From IMG/VR virus record IMGVR_UViG_3300030001_000223, positions 1-64,000 of that record: a DNA stretch of 64,000 nucleotides. One strand, written 5' to 3'. Origin of the DNA: an uncultured virus (IMG/VR IMGVR_UViG_3300030001_000223). Taxonomy: Duplodnaviria > Heunggongvirae > Uroviricota > Caudoviricetes. Numbering within the stretch: the stretch's first letter is position 1; each line of letters starts with the position of its first letter. The notes beneath the pieces were generated by a model. It did not search any database, was not told the origin of the DNA, and worked only from the letters and a program-made list of their open reading frames with translations. A program made the position numbers and the translations under genes. This document shows, one piece after another, positions 54,374 to 63,646 of the stretch.

Positions 54374-55060
54374 ATGAGAGTAGAAATTAAAGATGTTCAT
54401 TATGGGAATAATATAATAAATAAAATATATTATGGAAGTAATCTAGTATTTGATAGATTTACAGATAAATCTTACAATGTATATGTGTTTAATTTAACTA
54501 AAGTTACTAGCAATTATACTTTGACGTTACAAAATATAAACGAGGGAACACAAACAAATTGGGGAGATGGTATGATAGATACAAGTTTAACTCATACATA
54601 TGCAAGTCAAGGTATTTATACTGTAAAAACTAGACAAAGGGTGAATACAACAAATGGTAATGGGAATACAAATACTAAAAAAAGTTTAATTGAATGCACT
54701 AATATCGATAACACTTTAACCGTTTGTAGTTTTATGTTTATTGATTGTACTGGTTTAACTAATGCACCTATAATACCTAATAGTGTTACTAATTGTGATA
54801 CTATGTTTGATGGTTGTACTGGTTTAACTAATGCACCTATAATACCTAATAGTGTTACTAATTGTAGTTTTATGTTTAATAATTGTACTAGTTTGACTAG
54901 CATTCCACAAACTAATATAGATTTAATGCAAGCAGTTAAAAATGGAACTAATACTATTTGTGCAGATTATATGTATTGTTATGGTGGTTGTACACATATT
55001 ACTAGTCCTCAAACATATGCTACTTTGTTAAGTTTATACTCTAACTGGTTCACTATGTAA
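54374..55060 (+). CDS. BspA/TpLRR-type leucine-rich-repeat protein with PKD-like segment
   Basis: NWGDG..THTY; 23-aa repeats MFxxCTGLTNAPIIPNSVTNC. Confidence 0.7.
   Translation: MRVEIKDVHYGNNIINKIYYGSNLVFDRFTDKSYNVYVFNLTKVTSNYTLTLQNINEGTQTNWGDGMIDTSLTHTYASQGIYTVKTRQRVNTTNGNGNTNTKKSLIECTNIDNTLTVCSFMFIDCTGLTNAPIIPNSVTNCDTMFDGCTGLTNAPIIPNSVTNCSFMFNNCTSLTSIPQTNIDLMQAVKNGTNTICADYMYCYGGCTHITSPQTYATLLSLYSNWFTM
54745..54865 (+). repeat. Exact 52-bp direct repeat with 69-nt period
   Basis: ttgtactggtttaactaatgcacctataatacctaatagtgttactaattgt at 54745 and 54814. Confidence 0.9.
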
Positions 55061-55202
55061 ACTTTAAATTAAAAGAATCAATTTATAAGGACTTTTAGGA
55101 GACATAATTTTATTATGTAAACTAAACTGTATTAATTTTGGCGATAACTCCAAATGTTGTCGTCTATTTTAATGAAATCAAAAAATGAAAGGAAGTAATA
55201 AA

Positions 55203-56111
55203 ATGAAAATATCAATAGATTTAGGACATGAATGCTCCCCTTATGATATTGGGGCAGACGGTAATATCTCTGAACAAGAAATAATTGATGCTGTAGGTAG
55301 TTTAGTAATATTTAAATTAAAAAATTTAGGTAACACAGTAATTGAGACAAGACCTAACTCTTGTATAAGTGTAGGTAACTCATTATGGCAAAGATATAAT
55401 AAATCAGATGATAATAAAAGTGATTGGTGTATAAGTATTCATGCAAATGCCTCAGATAATTTAACCGCAAATGGAGTAGAAATATTTACATATGGTGGAA
55501 AAGAAATATATGAAGCAAGACAAATATTAAATAATATTGCATCAATTGGTTTTTGTAATAGAGGAATTAAAGATGGCTCAAACCTTGCGATGGTACATCG
55601 TCCTCAAGCTAAGTCGATGTTAATAGAAATATGCTTCTGTACAAATGAAAATGATTGTAATTTGTATAGAAACAATATTGAAAATATAGCAAATGCAATT
55701 GTAAATGGATTAGTTGGTTCTAGTTTGCAAAATACCAAATATTCAGTTGGTTGGAATAATGATGATTATGGTTGGTTTTATTCTTCTGATGGTACTGATT
55801 TTTATTCAAATTGTTGGAATCAAATAGTTGATAGTACAGATAGTTCTATTTCATATTATTATTATTTTGATAACAATGGGTATATTTTAACAAATAAATG
55901 GAAGAAAGATGAAAATGATAAATGGTATTATTTAGACCAAAATGGTAATATGGTACAAGCTAGAACACCTGAAATAGTTAAATGGAAGAACATTGGTGGA
56001 AAATATTATTGTTTTGCTACAGATGGTTCTTTATATCAAGATTGTACTACCAATGATGGTTATACTGTAAATAAAAATGGAGAATGGGAAACTTCTATAC
56101 CTCAAAAATAA
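55203..56111 (+). CDS. Endolysin: N-acetylmuramoyl-L-alanine amidase (Amidase_3) with cell-wall-binding repeats
   Basis: IDLGH, E, ISIHANA and LIEICF motifs; WYYLDQNGNM repeats. Confidence 0.92.
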   Translation: MKISIDLGHECSPYDIGADGNISEQEIIDAVGSLVIFKLKNLGNTVIETRPNSCISVGNSLWQRYNKSDDNKSDWCISIHANASDNLTANGVEIFTYGGKEIYEARQILNNIASIGFCNRGIKDGSNLAMVHRPQAKSMLIEICFCTNENDCNLYRNNIENIANAIVNGLVGSSLQNTKYSVGWNNDDYGWFYSSDGTDFYSNCWNQIVDSTDSSISYYYYFDNNGYILTNKWKKDENDKWYYLDQNGNMVQARTPEIVKWKNIGGKYYCFATDGSLYQDCTTNDGYTVNKNGEWETSIPQK

Positions 56112-56166
56112 ATTTAAAAAATATAATATGTTATGCTACGTAAAAGGCAAAAGGAGTATGATAATT

Positions 56167-56898
56167 ATGGAACAATTACAAAATCAATTATTATTAATTG
56201 AACAAGTTATTATAGGAGGTGCAATAGCTTTTGGTTTAGCTTATTTATTAAAAGAAGTTGGTGTATTATTTACTTATTTAAAAACAAAAACATCGTTAAT
56301 AAAGGATGAGAAAGTTAGAAAAATAGTAGATTCCACATTAGATGCAGTAGATAAATTAGTTATTAAGAATATTACTAATGTTGATGTAACTTTAAAGCCT
56401 GTTATTTTGCAAAGTATTGCAGATGGAAAAGTAACTCCTGATGAAATTAATAAATTATTAGAAATTGTAAAAAACAATACTATAAAACAACTTTCTGATG
56501 ATTCTCTTAAAGTATTAAATGATAGTCTTGGAGATGTAGATTTATATTTAGAAAGTACTATTGAGGACAAATTAGCTACATTAAAAATTGACCCTACTAG
56601 TGCAGTATCAAAGACCATTTTACCAGAAAAGTCTGTAGTAGTTGTGGATACAAGTATATTGACTAATCAAATAAATCAATTACAGTCTGATAAAGATGTT
56701 TTGATTCAACAAATATCACAAGTAACTTCAGATAAGACTAATGTTGAACAAGCTAATGCACAGTTATCTAACCAAGTAGATAGTTTAAATGCTCAAGTTT
56801 CACAAGTTGAGGCAGATAAAAAAATATTACAGGACAAGCTAAGTTCTATCACCAATACTTTGACTCAAGTTGTTAATCCTACTACAAATATACAATAA
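56167..56898 (+). CDS. Holin-like protein (single N-terminal TM segment, C-terminal coiled coil)
   Basis: Hydrophobic VIIGGAIAFGLAYLL; YLESTIE motif; adjacent to the endolysin. Confidence 0.6.
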   Translation: MEQLQNQLLLIEQVIIGGAIAFGLAYLLKEVGVLFTYLKTKTSLIKDEKVRKIVDSTLDAVDKLVIKNITNVDVTLKPVILQSIADGKVTPDEINKLLEIVKNNTIKQLSDDSLKVLNDSLGDVDLYLESTIEDKLATLKIDPTSAVSKTILPEKSVVVVDTSILTNQINQLQSDKDVLIQQISQVTSDKTNVEQANAQLSNQVDSLNAQVSQVEADKKILQDKLSSITNTLTQVVNPTTNIQ

Positions 56899-56974
56899 AT
56901 AATTAATATAAATAACTATAATAAAAAGACCTAAATTTAAAATGTACCCTTTGTCAAGGACGATTTAAAAAAGC

Positions 56975-57826
56975 CTAGGCTACATTGAGAAGATGATTTC
57001 TGTATTGGACAGGAGTCATCTTTTCTAAATCCCATTGATATCTATATTCGTTGTAATAAATCATGTATTGATTAACTTCTTCTTTTAGCGCATCTAAAGT
57101 TTCACATTGCTTTATATATGCCTCATCTTTAAAATGCCCGAAGAATGACTCTTGTGGAGCATTATCCCAACAATTACCTCGTCTAGACATAGATTGTCCT
57201 AATTTAGCATCTTTAACTACTTGTTGAAATTTAGGGCTAGTATAATGTACACCTTGATCAGAGTGGATAAATGCATCTTTATGTAATTCTATTGATTTAT
57301 TGTCTTTTAGATTCTGTATTGTATCAGTTACTATATCTAGTTTTAGACTCGATGATACATTATATGCTACTATTTCATTTGTGCTGGCATCTTTAATTGT
57401 GGATAAGTATGCTTTTTGACCTTTACCATAAAATAAATATGTTATATCTGTTAGTAATATTTTACCTGGTATACCTTGTTTGAAATTTCTCTTTAGTAGA
57501 TTTGGTAAAACAGTATGTTCTCTTGTTGCTTTCATCATTCTTCTATATGGATTTGCTTTTCTAATAGGACAAATGATACTATATTTTTTCATAACTCTTC
57601 TAATACGCTTCAAGTTATATATAATTCCAAACTGACCTTCTAAAGTCATTTTAATTTGTCTAGCGCCCTTTTTACGATTTTTAAACTTATATGCCTTAAT
57701 TATATTATCTCTAATCAACTCATCTTCTATATCTCTAGACTCTCTATATCCTTTAGATTTAGTTGAAAAATAATTATAGTACCCCGAACGTGAAACGCCT
57801 GCTAAATCACATAAATTGCTAATCAT
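56975..57826 (-). CDS. IS3 transposase OrfB (DDE); frame extends upstream to an A8 slippery site near 57930-57937
   Basis: TDITY, HSDQGVHY and GNCWDNAPQESFF motifs. Confidence 0.95.
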   Translation of the reverse strand: MISNLCDLAGVSRSGYYNYFSTKSKGYRESRDIEDELIRDNIIKAYKFKNRKKGARQIKMTLEGQFGIIYNLKRIRRVMKKYSIICPIRKANPYRRMMKATREHTVLPNLLKRNFKQGIPGKILLTDITYLFYGKGQKAYLSTIKDASTNEIVAYNVSSSLKLDIVTDTIQNLKDNKSIELHKDAFIHSDQGVHYTSPKFQQVVKDAKLGQSMSRRGNCWDNAPQESFFGHFKDEAYIKQCETLDALKEEVNQYMIYYNEYRYQWDLEKMTPVQYRNHLLNVA

Positions 57827-57891
57827 ATTGCTATGTTTATACTTTTCAATTACTGATTTTATGATGATAAATTTTTGATTAGCGCATAAAT

Positions 57892-58320
57892 TTATTTGTT
57901 CTTTATCAGCCCCCTTTCTAGGAATTGTATTTTTTTTAGCAGTTCATTCTCTGCTTTCAATAAATTAATTTGAGCCTGAAGGCGTTCGTATTTAGTCTCT
58001 ATGGACAACTCTTTCTTAGTTGGTCTTCCACTATTTAATTTTCTAGTATCATTTAGCCCTATAACACCATTTTCTTTATACGCTTTTTTCCACCTCTTAG
58101 CAGCAGAACTTATTCTATACATGCCTATAATATTTATATCAAATCCACACTCAGTAAATATTATTCTTGGAATTTTTCCTTTGTCATGCTCTATAATAAA
58201 GATATTTCTAAATTCTTCAGTATATGTAACACCTTTTGCGCTCACATTTTTTACATGTTTATTATTTGAAAGTATTTCAATCTCTTTATTTGTAAAAATC
58301 TTTTTACTCATAGTCTCCAC
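57892..58320 (-). CDS. IS3 OrfA (HTH protein)
   Basis: Upstream of orfB, leucine-zipper LKAENELLKK, -1 overlap with orfB. Confidence 0.9.
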   Translation of the reverse strand: METMSKKIFTNKEIEILSNNKHVKNVSAKGVTYTEEFRNIFIIEHDKGKIPRIIFTECGFDINIIGMYRISSAAKRWKKAYKENGVIGLNDTRKLNSGRPTKKELSIETKYERLQAQINLLKAENELLKKIQFLERGLIKNK

Positions 58321-58464
58321 CTCTAATATTATTTATTTTATTATACACAAAAATACCCTATAGGTAGACTTTTTTAAACTGTCTACTCTATAGGGTACAT
58401 TTTAATTTTTAATATTTAAATTTAGGTCTTTTTATTATGTCTAATTTAGAAAGGATGGTTAATT

Positions 58465-58641
58465 ATGAATAAATATTTTGCAATAAATCAAAAGAGTTTA
58501 GCGGATGCATTAGTATTTTTAGGATTTAATTATATGAAGTTTGATGATAAAAAATATGGAAAGATTTATTCTTTTGTAAATTCTGATAAGTTACAAGAAT
58601 CAATTCATGAATTTAATATATTAAAAAATAAATTAAAATAA
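58465..58641 (+). CDS. Small hypothetical protein (58 aa), not in the ORF track
   Basis: MNKYFAINQKSLADALVFLGF...KNKLK*; RBS AAGGATGG. Confidence 0.65.
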   Translation: MNKYFAINQKSLADALVFLGFNYMKFDDKKYGKIYSFVNSDKLQESIHEFNILKNKLK

Positions 58642-58664
58642 AATAATAAGGAGTGTGGATAATT

Positions 58665-60122
58665 ATGAAAGATACAAAAAGAATTATATATTCAGATAAA
58701 TTACCTAGATATACAGAAGGTAGATATAGAAATAAAATAAATTGGAAAGAAAGTATAGGTTGTAAAGTACAATTTATATATGATGATATAACAGGATATG
58801 TTGAAATTATTGAATATAATAAGATTACTAAGGAATTAATAATAAAACATAACAATCTTGAGTCTATAATATTATGTGGAAATTTTTTAAAATGTAAGTT
58901 AGGTACAATTTTAAAGAAATATACTTCGGAATTTAAACTCGAAATAGGAGATAGATTTCAAGACAATAAGAGAGATATAATTATTGTAGACAAAGAATAT
59001 AGACTAAAATATGATAATAAAAACAAAAAGTATAACATGAAATATTATAAATACAAATGCAATAGATGTAGATATAATGAAGGTTGGATTGTAGAATATG
59101 ATTTATTAAAAGGACATGGTTGCTCATGTTGTCATGGATTAACTACAGTATTAGGTATTAACACAATATGGGATACTGCTAGATGGATGTGTGACTTGGG
59201 TGTGTCAGAAGAAGATGCTAAAACTCATACACATGGAAGCAATAATAAAGTAAGCGTCATATGTCCAGATTGTAAATTAGAAAAGATGGTAAAAATATGT
59301 GATTTATATACAAATCACTCAATATCATGTAAATGTGGGGATGGCTTTAGTTATGGTCATAAGTACATATTTAGTTTACTAACTCAATTAAAACAAGATT
59401 TCATAGATAATTATACATTTGATTGGTGTAAATTCTATAATCTATATAAAGAAAAAGAAGTTTCAGGAGAATATGATTTTATTTTAGAAGATAAAAATAT
59501 AATTATCGAAGTAGATGGAGGATTTCATAGAACAGATAATAATAGAAGTGGGCAGACGAAAGAAGAATCTATATTTTTAGACAATGAAAAGGATAAACTG
59601 GCTCTAGATAATGGGTATAAAGTTATTAGAATAATTTATAACGATGATAATTTAAATATCAAACAAAATATAATATTAAATAAATATTTAAACATCTTAT
59701 TTGACTTATCTAATATTGATTGGACTAAATGTGAAGAATTTGCGTTAAGTAACAGAGTTAAGGAAGCTTGTAAATTAAAAAATAATAACCTTGAAATGAC
59801 AACTACTGAAATTGGATTAATCTTAAATATTAGTTCAGATTCAGTTAGAAATTATTTAAAAAAGGGAAATAAACTTGGTTGGTGTTACTACAATGCTAAA
59901 GAAGAACAAATTAGAAATTCCATAAAAACAGGATACAAGGTAACAAAAAAAATAGAAGTATTTAAGAATGGAGAATCATTAGGAGTTTTTGAATCTATAA
60001 AATGTTTAATTGATAAAAGCAAAAAAATATTAGAAGTACAATTATGTAGAAATGGAATAAGAGAACAAATAAAAAATAATACAGAGTCATATAAGGGATT
60101 TACCTTTAATATTTCAAGCTAA
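58665..60122 (+). CDS. Homing-endonuclease-like protein, paralog 4
   Basis: Same architecture; YDFIL..IIEVDGGFH. Confidence 0.7.
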   Translation: MKDTKRIIYSDKLPRYTEGRYRNKINWKESIGCKVQFIYDDITGYVEIIEYNKITKELIIKHNNLESIILCGNFLKCKLGTILKKYTSEFKLEIGDRFQDNKRDIIIVDKEYRLKYDNKNKKYNMKYYKYKCNRCRYNEGWIVEYDLLKGHGCSCCHGLTTVLGINTIWDTARWMCDLGVSEEDAKTHTHGSNNKVSVICPDCKLEKMVKICDLYTNHSISCKCGDGFSYGHKYIFSLLTQLKQDFIDNYTFDWCKFYNLYKEKEVSGEYDFILEDKNIIIEVDGGFHRTDNNRSGQTKEESIFLDNEKDKLALDNGYKVIRIIYNDDNLNIKQNIILNKYLNILFDLSNIDWTKCEEFALSNRVKEACKLKNNNLEMTTTEIGLILNISSDSVRNYLKKGNKLGWCYYNAKEEQIRNSIKTGYKVTKKIEVFKNGESLGVFESIKCLIDKSKKILEVQLCRNGIREQIKNNTESYKGFTFNISS

Positions 60123-60273
60123 ATTGGATAGTATCAATGCTACATTGAATCAAGTTGTTAATTCAAATGTAAGTAATAATGTAACAGTTAGTGGAATTAC
60201 AGTTAATAGCAATGATGCAACTAATATTATGAACAATGTAGTTGATACTGCTAATCAAACAGTATCACAATAA
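60109..60273 (+). pseudogene. Displaced alternative 3' end of the holin-like gene
   Basis: IFQAKLDSINATLNQVVN versus holin ILQDKLSSITNTLTQVVN (12/18 identical); no suitable start codon; runs to its own stop and terminator. Confidence 0.7.
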
Positions 60274-60378
60274 ATTAATATAATATAAAAAGACAATAAA
60301 TCAATTAATTTATTGGGATTTGAAAGGGCTTAGATGAAATACTCTAGGTCTTTTTATTATGAAAAACTTGTATGTTGT

Positions 60379-60563
60379 GATAGGGAGTATTCGCTCACTT
60401 CCTTTAGTTTGGAAATATATAAGATTGATGGGTTAGAGAGTAATTAACTCTAACCTTATTAGTTGTGAACCAAATTAATTAGAGTGGAAATTCGATTGGA
60501 ATATATAAGAGAGTGAAATTATATAGTCCAAACTATAAAAAATGAAAGAGAGTGATTTTAATG
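60379..60563 (+). ncRNA. Rearranged variant of the structured leader (copy 6, palindrome TAATTA)
   Basis: gggagt/acttcc hairpin whose loop ttcgctc pairs with gagtgaa and gagtga at the RBS; ggttagag-AGTAATTAA-ctctaacc hairpin; tagtttgga/tccaaacta stem. Confidence 0.55.
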
Positions 60564-61454
60564 AACAAAGAACAATTAATTAAATTCAAAACAGGAGAAT
60601 CTAAATTAGAATTATTAAATAAAGGAGGTGTTTATTTTATAAAAAATAATTCTAATAATCTTATTAAGATTGGAAAATCTAAAAACATTTATCAAAGAAT
60701 GACACAATTATATTCAACTTTTAGACATATTGGAGAAGAGAAAGTAGACGTAGATTTAATAGGTTATATATTATGTGAAAATTATGATAAATTAGAAATA
60801 GATTTACATAAAAAATTTAAGAAAAATAAAATTGTAAATGAATGGTTTGATATTAATGAAGATAAAGTATCAAATGTAATTAAATTAATAAATGCAAATG
60901 AATATAATAATTCTAAAGAAAAAGAATTAACAATAGAATCTCTATATAACGAGATAGATAAAATAAAGCATAACAAGGAAACATGGAATTTACATTTGTG
61001 TAGTTCAATTGTAAAAAGATGCAATGAGGAAGAATGTATATGTGATTTAGAAAAATGGGATGAAAATGAGGAAGATACAAAATATATTTATAATATGCTA
61101 TTAGAAAATATTAAGTATTTAGAAGAAATCGGAGAAATTGATAATTATAATGATTATAAAGAATATAAAATTGAAGCAGATAATAAAAATTACAAAGCAT
61201 TACAAGAATATATGATGGATTTAAATGGATGTGATTATCAATATTTTGCAATTAAAGATTTAATTTCAGAAAAGGAATTAGAATTAACAAAAAGAGTTTG
61301 TGGCATAACAGAAGTAATATATAATCCTTGGTTCGATTTATGGTGTAGAAATGCTGTTCAAGAATTAAAAGAAAAATTTTCAGAGTTTAAAAACATTATA
61401 GAACAATATAAAGATGAATTGTTATATTGTTATCTTCCATATGGTGATAAATAA
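60561..61454 (+). CDS. GIY-YIG (T5orf172-like) domain protein
   Basis: GVYFIKN..LIKIGKS..R..LE..LH..NEWF. Confidence 0.8.
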   Translation: MNKEQLIKFKTGESKLELLNKGGVYFIKNNSNNLIKIGKSKNIYQRMTQLYSTFRHIGEEKVDVDLIGYILCENYDKLEIDLHKKFKKNKIVNEWFDINEDKVSNVIKLINANEYNNSKEKELTIESLYNEIDKIKHNKETWNLHLCSSIVKRCNEEECICDLEKWDENEEDTKYIYNMLLENIKYLEEIGEIDNYNDYKEYKIEADNKNYKALQEYMMDLNGCDYQYFAIKDLISEKELELTKRVCGITEVIYNPWFDLWCRNAVQELKEKFSEFKNIIEQYKDELLYCYLPYGDK

Positions 61455-62575
61455 TGAATATAGAAAATTTAGAATTAAAAGAATATAAAAATTACAAAGA
61501 GTTATGCATAATAATAAATGAACCAATTAAAACAGGAAAGTCAAAACAATTACAATTGAAAGATTGGGAAAGATATTTTGAATATCATAAGGAAGGACAA
61601 AAAATAATCATTGATAAAGTTTTTAATGAGGTAAAGGAGAAAATTGATATGAGGGGAAAACAAGATAATAACACACCTAAATATGTTGAAAATATTGAAT
61701 TGAATATCATTGGTGAATTGCTTACTAGAGGACAAAATAATAAATATGTTGTTGGTCGTGGAGTATTACTTAGAAATGTTGGCTTGACTAATACTAATTA
61801 TTCATATTGCAAAAGAAGGCAAGATAAATTAGCTTCATATCTAGAAGTAAAAAAAGAAGTAGTTAATGATTATTATACTTGTGTTGATTCTATGATATTA
61901 GGCAATTTAGAAAAAGCTCTTAAAAATTTATCTAATAAAAAGATAATACAATTAAATAGTACATTATTGATTTGCAAAAATGTACTAACGGATGTTACAT
62001 ATCAACATATTACTCAAGTAGATGAATTTGATGAAGAAATAGAAATAATCAAGCCAGTTGTACAATCAGATGTAATTTATGTACAAGCTACAGATGAAGA
62101 AAGACTTCTTATTAATGTTTCAGAAAAGAAAGTGCTAACTGATATGGGATTTGAAAAATTAACAGATGTCTTTTTAAAGAATAAATTAAAACAATATTAC
62201 GACCAATGCTATAAAGAAATAAGAAGAGAAATGAAAGACTTAAACTTCTATTTTCAAGCTTATGATATAATTTATGATTTTGATATTCTAGCAAATGAAT
62301 TAGAAAAGCGTGGATATGATGATTGGAGTAAAGAACTAAAAAAAGAACAGTCAGATATAATTAATAGTGGTGCTATGAATAGAATAATGGACAATGCTGA
62401 AAAAAGAAAAGATAAAGCAACTCCTGATCTTGGAACACTATTAGAATCTGATAGGAAATATATTAGGACACAAGATGATTATATAGCAAATTATAGTCAA
62501 CTAAACAATAGTGTAATTAATGTGAATTCTAAAAACATTAAGGCTAATGTCAAGAAAACTAAAAATAAAAAATAG
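61454..62575 (+). CDS. Hypothetical protein (basic, possibly DNA-binding)
   Basis: 373-aa ORF translationally coupled to the upstream gene. Confidence 0.6.
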   Translation: MNIENLELKEYKNYKELCIIINEPIKTGKSKQLQLKDWERYFEYHKEGQKIIIDKVFNEVKEKIDMRGKQDNNTPKYVENIELNIIGELLTRGQNNKYVVGRGVLLRNVGLTNTNYSYCKRRQDKLASYLEVKKEVVNDYYTCVDSMILGNLEKALKNLSNKKIIQLNSTLLICKNVLTDVTYQHITQVDEFDEEIEIIKPVVQSDVIYVQATDEERLLINVSEKKVLTDMGFEKLTDVFLKNKLKQYYDQCYKEIRREMKDLNFYFQAYDIIYDFDILANELEKRGYDDWSKELKKEQSDIINSGAMNRIMDNAEKRKDKATPDLGTLLESDRKYIRTQDDYIANYSQLNNSVINVNSKNIKANVKKTKNKK

Positions 62576-62829
62576 TCACTTTTAGAGTCTGTTATATTGT
62601 ATATAGGGGATTCATACAATCACTATTATAATGTTTTCTGAAAGTGACAAAATAAATTAAAAGTCAATTCTATTTGTGAGTCTGAAAGACGAAACAAAAG
62701 AACAACCGACAGGGCGTTAGGTGTTGGCACTAAAGTTTGGGTGGATAAGAGTCTTGTAGCTAACGCTACGCTTTTCTTCCACCTACGGTGTCAGAGAATT
62801 ATACTAATTGAATTATGGAGTGATTTAAA

Positions 62830-63132
62830 ATGAGTGGAGTATACATAATTAAAAATTTAAATAAATCTACTGAGGACAAGCTTTTCGTAAAAATAGGTTG
62901 TTCAAAAGATATAGATAAAAGATTTTCACAGATTAAAAGTAGCCACAGATTTAATGGAAGTTTAGATGAATTAGAAATTTATAAAACTATTGAATGTAAA
63001 TCATATATGAAGTTAGAAAAAATAATCCATCAAATAATGAAAAGCAGACAACAAGTTAATGAATGGTATTTTACAGAACCAAACTTTTTGGAAGGTAGAT
63101 TGGCGATGGTTGATTTAAACAGATATAATTAA
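62830..63132 (+). CDS. Stand-alone GIY-YIG (T5orf172-like) domain protein
   Basis: GVYIIKN..FVKIGCS..R..LE..IH..NEWY. Confidence 0.8.
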   Translation: MSGVYIIKNLNKSTEDKLFVKIGCSKDIDKRFSQIKSSHRFNGSLDELEIYKTIECKSYMKLEKIIHQIMKSRQQVNEWYFTEPNFLEGRLAMVDLNRYN

Positions 63133-63325
63133 TAAATTAATAGAACAATAAAAGGAGATTAGGAAATAAAATCCTAGTCTCTTTTTAAAATAAATTCCAA
63201 TTCAAATTCATCATTTATCCACAGTTGTTTTTATAAGATTTATTTTAGATTAGTAAATCTTAAAAGATAATTTTTGCAAAGATTATTAACTGAACAAATT
63301 ATACAATAGAAAGGAATGATTGATA

Positions 63326-63628
63326 ATGTCTTTTATAAGCTACAACATAAAAAAAGGTAATGAATATAATCGTTTTACAAAAGAACTTGATTTTTTTACT
63401 GAAGATTCTGGAGTAACTACTAGTAATTTTAGTAATTATATGTCTAATAATTTTAGTAATTATGATGATGAGATTGGATTTATTCCACAAGGAACTATAG
63501 GAATATTAACCACAATGACAGATATGTACGTTGCCAGATTTCTAGAAGATACGGGGAATATAAACCCAGAAAATAATTGGCATGAGGGAGTATGGTTTTT
63601 ACTTGCAAGTGTGCCTAGAGTTTTATAA
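63326..63628 (+). CDS. Hypothetical protein
   Basis: ORF with RBS AAGGA. Confidence 0.55.
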   Translation: MSFISYNIKKGNEYNRFTKELDFFTEDSGVTTSNFSNYMSNNFSNYDDEIGFIPQGTIGILTTMTDMYVARFLEDTGNINPENNWHEGVWFLLASVPRVL

Positions 63629-63646
63629 GAAAGGAGGAAATAAATT

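Larger units (their letters stand above)
56938..58404 (-). mobile_element. IS3-family (IS150-like) insertion sequence
   Basis: Terminal inverted repeats taaaatgtaccct/agggtacatttta, 3-bp flanking duplication ATT, orfA plus orfB. Confidence 0.92.

Noticed and set aside
54723..54900. Diversity-generating retroelement VR/TR pair
   Set aside because: Repeats are tandem in-frame LRR units, and there is no reverse transcriptase in the window
60166..60273. Resemblance of the displaced holin tail (NVTVSGITVNSNDATNIMN) to the TMP C-terminus (NVNISQLDVNTKDAQTLLN)
   Set aside because: Short and N/S/T/V-rich, so it cannot be distinguished from compositional similarity without a statistical test
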